Source of the DNA: Pseudomonadota bacterium
Lineage (GTDB): Bacteria > UBA10199 > 2-02-FULL-44-16 > JAAZCA01
Assembly: GCA_043822785.1 (NCBI GenBank)
Contig: JBDRBN010000117.1
Span: forward strand, 1-15,356
Reading direction: 5' to 3'
DNA length: 15,356 bases
How positions within the stretch are numbered: position 1 is the stretch's first letter; every line of letters begins with the position of its first letter. The position numbers and the translations under genes were made by a program. The notes beneath the pieces are model-generated. The model worked only from the letters and a program-made list of their open reading frames with translations, had not been told where the DNA came from and made no database searches. Positions 9,228-15,356 of the stretch are shown here, piece after piece.

Positions 9228-9246
9228 CAAATTCAGTTGTAATCAG

Positions 9247-9278
9247 AAAAAGCGGTGCCTCCTGGTACCGCTTTTTTT
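9247..9278 (+). terminator. Rho-independent terminator of dnaK
   Basis: aaaaagcggtgcc-tcct-ggtaccgcttttttt. Confidence 0.88.
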
Positions 9279-9359
9279 ATATAGATATCTTTACATCAGG
9301 TTTTTGGTGGCGCTTCCCTCCGCGCCTCGAGCGCGCTCGCCTCGCTAATCTCTCACTGG

Positions 9360-10008
9360 TATCTGCAATCTTTTCTTCGGGCAGGCTTGCCAGAGTTTTT
9401 CTGCGTCGGCTTCGGGTCCTGTCGCTGGGTTTTCCCCCAATTTCGGCATCGGCTGATTTGGCATCGTGCTTATAGCAAAATCTATCACAGCCTGTCCCGA
9501 TGACCGCACGATTTTTCCAAAGGAAAAATCGTTTGCGGCATCGAGGATCCTCGATTCGGCCTGTATTTTTCTTGCGAAAAATGACGCCGAATCGGGACTG
9601 GCGAAATCGGGTCCCCCTACCCAGCGCCACCCCAAGCCAACTAACGAAAACTCATTTTGCTAGCAACCCTGCCCTCTGAAAATCAGATATGCGAACAGTT
9701 TATGTTCACTGCTAGGCAGGATCGGGTGGGTCGATTTGCGACATCGCGGAGAGAGCCGATTTTGTTCGGCGAATGTTTGCCGGTCGTGCCTAGCTAGAAG
9801 CCTTTATTGCACGACGCCGACGGATGTTTGAGCCCCGACGGAGCCAAAACACTGTAAAAGGCATGAAGGCGCAGTCGGGGCGAGTTCCGTCGGCGAGGCA
9901 AACTGAGTTCGTTACAAAATCGTGCGAGCGCAGCGTCTAGCAAATCGATCCACCCGATCCTGTATGAAAAAGATTGGATATCCCGGTGGCAGGACCCGAA
10001 GCTGATGC
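9360..10008 (+). ncRNA. Large highly structured non-coding element (candidate ncRNA or non-autonomous ssDNA element), family unknown
   Basis: 27-bp stem 9403-9429/9982-10008 (5 G-U), 23-bp stem 9717-9739/9940-9962 (1 G-U), more than 15 further helices; no credible ORF. Confidence 0.6.
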
Positions 10009-10010
10009 TG

Positions 10011-10679
10011 TTAGCCACTGATCACAAGGGTCATTTCGCCTTTTGGTGGGTTGTTTTGGATGGATGTGAGAATGTCGGAGAGTGTGCCTCGTACGAACTC
10101 CTCGTGCACCTTGGTAAGCTCCCTGCATAAGCAGGCATTGCGATCACCGAGTATTTCCAGGCAATCTTCTATTACTGTCGCCCCCTTCCACTTTGAGACA
10201 TAGATCACAAGGGTATGTGTAAGATCCTTTAGCTCTTCGATCTTTGTACGGCGCTTGCCTGACTTGTCTGGAAGAAAACCAATAAATGTAAATCGATCAG
10301 TGGAAAGGCCGGCTGCTGATATGGCAGCAGAAAGTGCAGACGGACCTGGAATGGGAACTACTTTGATGCCTGCTTGGATAGCAGTCCTAAGCAAAGGATA
10401 CCCGGGATCTGATATGCACGGCGTTCCTGCATCAGATACCAAGGCTACATCTGATCCTGATTCAAGCGCCTCAATCACAGCGCGTGTTTTTTCTCTTTCG
10501 TTTCCTTCAAAGAAACTGGTGAGTTTTGTGTGTATCTTAAAGTGTGTGAGCAGCTTGCGTGTATGTCTTGTGTCTTCAGCAGCAATGAGATCCACCTCTT
10601 CGAGCACGCGCACTGCCCTTAAAGTAATATCTTCTAGGTTGCCTATTGGAGTTGCGACTATGTAAAGGATTCCGGACAT
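10011..10679 (-). CDS. rsmI: 16S rRNA (cytidine1402-2'-O)-methyltransferase, short form (~222 aa)
   Basis: LYIVATPIGNLEDITLRA, AAEDTR, VSDAGTPCISDPG, PIPGPSA, RELTKVHEE, KGEMTLVI; ATG at 10679. Confidence 0.95.
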   Translation of the reverse strand: MSGILYIVATPIGNLEDITLRAVRVLEEVDLIAAEDTRHTRKLLTHFKIHTKLTSFFEGNEREKTRAVIEALESGSDVALVSDAGTPCISDPGYPLLRTAIQAGIKVVPIPGPSALSAAISAAGLSTDRFTFIGFLPDKSGKRRTKIEELKDLTHTLVIYVSKWKGATVIEDCLEILGDRNACLCRELTKVHEEFVRGTLSDILTSIQNNPPKGEMTLVISG

Positions 10680-10717
10680 AATTTGCTGCGCAAGCAAGGT
10701 GAGATTAGAATTTTACG

Positions 10718-10753
10718 TTGCTGGCTTTGCTAGCCTTGCTGGCGTTGCTTGCT
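10718..10753. repeat. 9-mer tandem repeat (4 units)
   Basis: ttgctggct ttgctagcc ttgctggcg ttgcttgct. Confidence 0.65.
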
Positions 10754-10757
10754 GATT

Positions 10758-12386
10758 TTATACCTTTCTCGCTATCGGGCACCTTCTACCCGAGCCGAAA
10801 GCTTTTGATGTTATCTTTATCCCAGGTGGGGCCTGCCTTCGCTTGTATTCATTTTCATCTATCAGACGAACTATGTGCCTAACCGTTTCTGGATCTTTGC
10901 CCTCAGCAATAATTGCCTCTGTGCTCATACGATCTTCGACATATGATTTCATTATAGAATCCAAAATGTCGTACGGAGGTAGAATATCCTGGTCAGTCTG
11001 ATCAGGTTTAAGCTCTGCAGTTGGAGGCCGTTCTAAGATTGACTGAGGAATTACATTGCGTTCGGCATTAATATGCTTGGCAAGTGCATATACCATGGTC
11101 TTTGGTATATCGGATATAAGCGCAAAGCCGCCCACCATATCGCCGTAAAGCGTACAGTAGCCAACAGAAAGTTCTGACTTATTACCAGTGGATACTACGA
11201 GCGCGCCTTCGCGGTTTGAAATGGCCATGAGAATATTCCCTCTGATCCTAGCCTGGATGTTCTCGTGGGCTACGCTTACTTCCCCACCTTCTAACAATCC
11301 CAGCGACTTGCAGTATTGCGCGTATATATCATCTATTGATACGCAACAGGTGATTATGCCCAGGTTCTCAGCAAGCCTATACGCGTCGTCTAAACTTCTC
11401 TTCTGCGTGTAGGGGGAAGGCAGCATAACGCCCAATACGTTTTTGGGTCCTATTGCGCTTGCTGCCAAAGCCGCCACCACAGAGGAATCTATTCCACCTG
11501 ATATGCCTATGACCGCTCTTTCAAAGCCACACTTATGCATGTAATCTCTTAGGCCTAAAACAAGCGCCATCCTTACTTCTTCTTCTTCTTCATAAGCCGG
11601 CTTATCAATGGGAGAAGGCAAGTCCTCCAAATCAATAATAAAACAGTCCTCTTCAAACGCCAGGGCTTCCTTAACAACATTTCCTGCAGCATCAGCCACA
11701 AAACTTCTGCCATCAAAGACGAGCTCGTCGTTTCCTCCCACAAGATTGCAGTACACCACGGGAAGTCCATATCTTGCAGCCTCACCGCACACGAGGCTGT
11801 ATCTTATCTGTTGCTTGCCGATGGTATATGGTGATGCTGAGAGGTTTAAAATCACGTCAGCTCCAGCCTCAGACAGCGATTTTACTGGATCTGTCTGATA
11901 GACCTGTCTACCGCCAAACTTGTATCTGCTCCAAAGATCCTCACAGAGCGTAAGGCCAAGCTTCACTTTGCCAAAATGATAGATGCGGTGCTCTTTTGCT
12001 GGCTCAAAATGCCTTCCTTCGTCAAAAACATCGTACTCTGGCAAAAGCGCCTTGTGTTGAACAAATCTCAAGGCATTGTCATGCAAAAGGCCTGCACTGT
12101 TAAATAGCCTCTTGCCACCTTCGGTTTCATTTATCGAAGCATAACCTACAACTGCACCAACCTTTCCTGTATGCGATGCTATCTCCTCTACTGTTTCCAG
12201 ATTGCGTTTAACAAATGAGGGTTTCTCGAGCATATCCCTGGGGGGATATCCGCATATTGAAAGCTCAGGAAATACGATGAGGTCAGCTCCAGAGTCCTCA
12301 GCCCAGCGAAGGCGCTCAAGGATCTTTTTGGCGTTTCCTTCAAAATCGCCAATAGTAGTGTTGATTTGGGCAAGTGCTATTTTCAT
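10758..12386 (-). CDS. nadE: Glutamine-dependent NAD+ synthetase
   Basis: Nitrilase-like domain with E-K-C triad (FPEL, HKALLPEYDVFDE, LCEDLW) fused to a synthetase domain (GISGGIDS, ENIQARIR, TGNKSE..GYCTLYGD, PPTAEL, EYKRRQAPPG). Confidence 0.96.
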   Translation of the reverse strand: MKIALAQINTTIGDFEGNAKKILERLRWAEDSGADLIVFPELSICGYPPRDMLEKPSFVKRNLETVEEIASHTGKVGAVVGYASINETEGGKRLFNSAGLLHDNALRFVQHKALLPEYDVFDEGRHFEPAKEHRIYHFGKVKLGLTLCEDLWSRYKFGGRQVYQTDPVKSLSEAGADVILNLSASPYTIGKQQIRYSLVCGEAARYGLPVVYCNLVGGNDELVFDGRSFVADAAGNVVKEALAFEEDCFIIDLEDLPSPIDKPAYEEEEEVRMALVLGLRDYMHKCGFERAVIGISGGIDSSVVAALAASAIGPKNVLGVMLPSPYTQKRSLDDAYRLAENLGIITCCVSIDDIYAQYCKSLGLLEGGEVSVAHENIQARIRGNILMAISNREGALVVSTGNKSELSVGYCTLYGDMVGGFALISDIPKTMVYALAKHINAERNVIPQSILERPPTAELKPDQTDQDILPPYDILDSIMKSYVEDRMSTEAIIAEGKDPETVRHIVRLIDENEYKRRQAPPGIKITSKAFGSGRRCPIARKV

Positions 12387-12390
12387 AATT

Positions 12391-12411
12391 AGTGATCAGT
12401 AACTAGTGACC
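12391..12411. repeat. Short heptamer tandem repeat
   Basis: agtgatc agtaact agtgacc; the reverse complement resembles the 2781-2808 units. Confidence 0.5.
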
Positions 12412-12420
12412 GATTGCAAG

Positions 12421-12840
12421 TCAAGTCAGGGCTAATTTTACAATCCATTGCACGATCAATGCTGCAATGAACACATATAGCAAAAAATCTCGCTGCGTTT
12501 GGTTCAAAAGTGAAGGCAAATTGCGTCTCAAAATAACTTTGATCAAAGTTCGTCCAAAAATGTAGATAAGCCACACAGCAATTACGATACCTAAAGGATG
12601 AAAATCTATACTCTCCCTGAACCTACCGTACGTTAATGCCCCAAAGGATCTGATAAGGCCACAGCCAGGGCAATCACACCTAAAAAAACCCCTTATTGCA
12701 CATACATGAATTCTGCCAAGAGCAGGAATAAGCGGATAAATATATGCAGCTATAAAAAGGGCTGGGACGCCTAAGATGACGCCCCAGCCTTTAGTCACTC
12801 GCAAATTACGCTCCACCTCATCTCCTGCGTTATGCGACAC
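12421..12840 (-). CDS. DUF2752-like membrane protein (start uncertain: 12840 GTG or 12867)
   Basis: C-x8-C-P-G-C-G-L-I-R-S motif, HPLG, three hydrophobic segments. Confidence 0.78.
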   Translation of the reverse strand: MSHNAGDEVERNLRVTKGWGVILGVPALFIAAYIYPLIPALGRIHVCAIRGFFRCDCPGCGLIRSFGALTYGRFRESIDFHPLGIVIAVWLIYIFGRTLIKVILRRNLPSLLNQTQRDFLLYVFIAALIVQWIVKLALT

Positions 12841-13243
12841 CTGCTTTCTTGGCTGCAAATTCACCAATTACTGGGATGCGCCAGCGCTCGCCTTGATAGG
12901 CTTTCACTAGGCAAACTATCCAGATGATGAACGCGCCGAGCATGGCAATCGGAATGAAAAAACCGATTATGATGCCAAGAACGCTAGCTATCATTCCGAG
13001 TATAAAAGCAAGAATCTCAAGAAGGATTATTACTGCGATATAAGCGATACCAAACACCAAAGCCTGCCAGGCATGGAATTTGACATCTTTGTTCTCCTTC
13101 TCGATCAAAAGAAAGACGATACCTGTGATAGGTGCACATATATAACACAGTAAGCTTGCAATGTTTGGTGCAAGGCCTGTTCCCTGCGGCTCACCAGCTG
13201 GCGGTCTGTTTACTGGTGGCGGTGTCTGTCCTGCACAGATCAT
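12830..13243 (-). CDS. DUF4870-like membrane protein
   Basis: GLAPNIASLLCY...FLLIEKENKDVKFHAWQA...KAYQGERWRIPVIG; ATG 13243 after an AAGGGGGG RBS. Confidence 0.82.
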   Translation of the reverse strand: MICAGQTPPPVNRPPAGEPQGTGLAPNIASLLCYICAPITGIVFLLIEKENKDVKFHAWQALVFGIAYIAVIILLEILAFILGMIASVLGIIIGFFIPIAMLGAFIIWIVCLVKAYQGERWRIPVIGEFAAKKAGVA

Positions 13244-13324
13244 ATTCCCCCCTTTTTCTTGAAGTTTCATCTACCTGTATTGCTTCTCTTATGCCTTAAT
13301 TGTAACTTGCATGCAATAGTCGAT

Positions 13325-15097
13325 TTACTCGTATAAGGAATCCAGCACCTTTCGATACTTATCGCTTGCATATTGCCTACGCACTTTGAGCGTTGGGGTA
13401 AGTTCGCCACCAGCAACCGAAAAATCGCTGTCAATTATGGCAAATCGCTTTATAGTTTCAAAGCGCGCAAGTTTTGAGTTTTTTTCCTCTATATGCCTCT
13501 TGATAAGCGTATAGACCTCAGGATGTCCAGAAAGCTTGTGTTCCTCAAGTACTTCATGCCCGAGATTGCGTAAATACTTTATGACCTTTGCCTCATTGAG
13601 CGTTACAAGGGCAGTGAGGTATTTCCTGCCATCTCCGTTGACCATAAAATGGCTTATGTATGGGGAATCTGACATTATGGCCTCTATCCTCTGGGGCGCT
13701 ATGTTCTTGCCCCCTGCCGTAACGATCATATCCTTCTTTCTGCCGGTGATGCGCAAAAATCCATCTCGAGAATATTCGCCTAAATCCCCAGTTTTAAACC
13801 AGCCCTCGCTATCAAAGGCTGCATCGGTCTCCTCTGGACGGTGCAGATATTTGCTAAAGACCGTAGGGCCCTTGAGCAGTATCTCGCCGTCAGAGGCTAT
13901 CTTGAGGGCAACGCCAGGCACGGGTTTGCCGACAGTTCCGAAGCGGAAGTCATCAGGACGGTTTACTGTGGCTGCTGCAAAGCTCTCAGTTAAGCCGTAT
14001 CCCTCGAGAACCAAAATCCCAGCCACGTGAAAAAACTTAGCTATTTCCAGAGAGAGCTTGCCCCCGCCACAGATAAAACAACGCAACCTGCCACCTAGGC
14101 GAGATCTGAGCCTCCTGAAGACTAAAATGTCAGCTATGATATGCAAAAACTTGAGCTCAAAAGGAATCAGCCGCTTTTTTTGAATGAGCTCAGATCTTGT
14201 CTTTCCAATGCTTATGCCCCATCTTACAAGCTTCCTCACTCGCGCAGGCGCCTTTTCAATGTAGCTCTCCACCCTCTCGTGTATCTTCTCCAGCATGCGG
14301 GGAACGCCGCAGACAAAATGTGGTTTTATCTCTGCGTAGTTTTCTGCAAGTTTCTCTAAACTCTCTGCATAAGCTGACTGGGTGCCGTGAATGATCTGAT
14401 AAAACTGCATGAGACGGCCAAGCACATGCGCAAGAGGAAGACACACGAGCCCAATGTCGTTATGTGAAAAATTAAATACATGTTCGGTCGCCCTTATCTC
14501 GGTAAGTATCATACCATGAGTTATGATCACGCCTTTTAGTTCGCCACTTGTTCCACTTGTATAAACATATGTGGCTACATCATCAGCCGTGAGCGACCTA
14601 GCGCCCCTCTCAACGTCCTTCATCTCTTCTGATGATGAAGCACACATAAGATCTTGCACAGAAACCGATGCTGCTTCTTTCTCAACACCGATTATTCGAA
14701 TCTCATCTTGGAAACCATTGGATTTGTGTGCCTCTACAAGAAGTGTGGCAACCGAAGCATCCTCAACGATTGCCATGTGAGGTGTACAATCACGAAGTAT
14801 GGTCCTTATCCTGTCTTGCGTGAACGCGCAGTAAATTGGAACAGTAATGCCGCCACAAGCCATTATCGCGCAATCCGAGATAGTCCACTCAAGCCTTGTG
14901 GTGGCCATAACAGCAACAGCATCACCCTTTTTAAGCCCCATCCTGCGAAGGGCTGCTGCCATTGATAAAACTCTTCTTGAAACCTCATTCCAACAAATGT
15001 GTTTCCATTTGCCATGCTCCTTTACAATGGCACACGTAGCCCCACCACGTTCTTTGGCCGTCTTTAAAAAAGCACTTATTACGTTATTTTCGGACAT
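13325..15097 (-). CDS. fadD: Long-chain-fatty-acid--CoA ligase (AMP-dependent synthetase)
   Basis: YTSGTSGELKG, LPLAHV, VPRMLEK, EGYGLTE, FKTGDLG, GRKKD, GGKNIAPQ, ELTPTLKVRR. Confidence 0.9.
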   Translation of the reverse strand: MSENNVISAFLKTAKERGGATCAIVKEHGKWKHICWNEVSRRVLSMAAALRRMGLKKGDAVAVMATTRLEWTISDCAIMACGGITVPIYCAFTQDRIRTILRDCTPHMAIVEDASVATLLVEAHKSNGFQDEIRIIGVEKEAASVSVQDLMCASSSEEMKDVERGARSLTADDVATYVYTSGTSGELKGVIITHGMILTEIRATEHVFNFSHNDIGLVCLPLAHVLGRLMQFYQIIHGTQSAYAESLEKLAENYAEIKPHFVCGVPRMLEKIHERVESYIEKAPARVRKLVRWGISIGKTRSELIQKKRLIPFELKFLHIIADILVFRRLRSRLGGRLRCFICGGGKLSLEIAKFFHVAGILVLEGYGLTESFAAATVNRPDDFRFGTVGKPVPGVALKIASDGEILLKGPTVFSKYLHRPEETDAAFDSEGWFKTGDLGEYSRDGFLRITGRKKDMIVTAGGKNIAPQRIEAIMSDSPYISHFMVNGDGRKYLTALVTLNEAKVIKYLRNLGHEVLEEHKLSGHPEVYTLIKRHIEEKNSKLARFETIKRFAIIDSDFSVAGGELTPTLKVRRQYASDKYRKVLDSLYE

Positions 15098-15137
15098 CGT
15101 ATTATTTTGCCCTTTGGATTTCGTATATTGCTATGAA

Positions 15138-15163
15138 AAATCCGAATATCGACATTCGGATTT
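15138..15163. promoter_or_regulatory. Perfect 10-bp inverted repeat upstream of the acyl-CoA ligase (possible operator)
   Basis: aaatccgaat-atcgac-attcggattt. Confidence 0.4.
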
Positions 15164-15202
15164 CGCACTGTTGTTGCGTTAGAACTGCATGTTTTTCATG
15201 GA

Positions 15203-15288
15203 TGTCATTGCGAGCAAAGCGAAGCAATCCCCTTATAACCTGTGTTTGCGGGAGATTTCTTCGTCGCTAAACGCTCCTAGCAATGAAA
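15203..15288 (+). repeat. REP-like element, copy 5 (complete, decaying 3' arm)
   Basis: tgtcattgcgagcaaagcgaagcaatc identical to 979-1005; 3' arm ggagatttcttcg...ctcctagcaatgaaa with point changes. Confidence 0.85.
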
Positions 15289-15356
15289 CCTAGACATGAG
15301 AAAAATGAATTCTTATATTTCAACCAGTTAACACCTCTAACGCAACAACAGTGGGA

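Noticed and set aside
9280..10010. RNase P RNA (rnpB often lies next to rsmI), tmRNA, SRP or 6S RNA
   Set aside because: No GAGGAAAGUCC or 3' P4 signature on either strand, no tRNA-like tmRNA ends, and size and architecture do not fit SRP or 6S.
9277..10128. Short ORFs 9277-9630, 9345-9635, 9466-9663, 9794-10018, 9937-10128
   Set aside because: No recognisable domains or convincing RBS; the Arg/Ser/Pro-rich composition is typical of spurious ORFs in palindromic DNA.
1117..12386. NAD biosynthesis gene cluster (nadB + nadE)
   Set aside because: The genes are 8 kb apart on opposite strands, without nadA, nadC or nadD; co-location may be incidental.
528..15182. Numerous antisense or alternate-frame ORFs (e.g. 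528-1190, 1134-1556, 7665-7985, 10255-10665, 13536-14030)
   Set aside because: Shadow ORFs of well-supported genes with no independent evidence.

Overview
Bacterial chromosomal housekeeping region; the gene style suggests a deltaproteobacterium-like lineage (inference only). Order: tRNA-Gly(GCC) (+), pgsA (-), nadB (+), exported hypothetical protein (-), alpha/beta hydrolase lacking the catalytic Ser (-), dnaJ (-), SdrD-B-like lipoprotein (+), dnaK (+), a ~650-nt non-coding and very extensively self-complementary element (about 9360-10008), short rsmI (-), glutamine-dependent nadE (-), DUF2752-like and DUF4870-like membrane proteins (-), long-chain acyl-CoA ligase (-). The main find is the structured element between dnaK and rsmI: long-range stems whose mismatches are G-U wobbles on the + strand, branched sub-domains and mutually exclusive alternative pairings. 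It is a candidate large ncRNA or non-autonomous ssDNA element that I cannot assign to a known family. Almost every other intergenic gap holds either a cruciform REP-like repeat (5 copies, all in the same orientation) or a 7-9 nt tandem repeat tract. dnaJ and dnaK are divergent, and each has a matching sigma32-like promoter.
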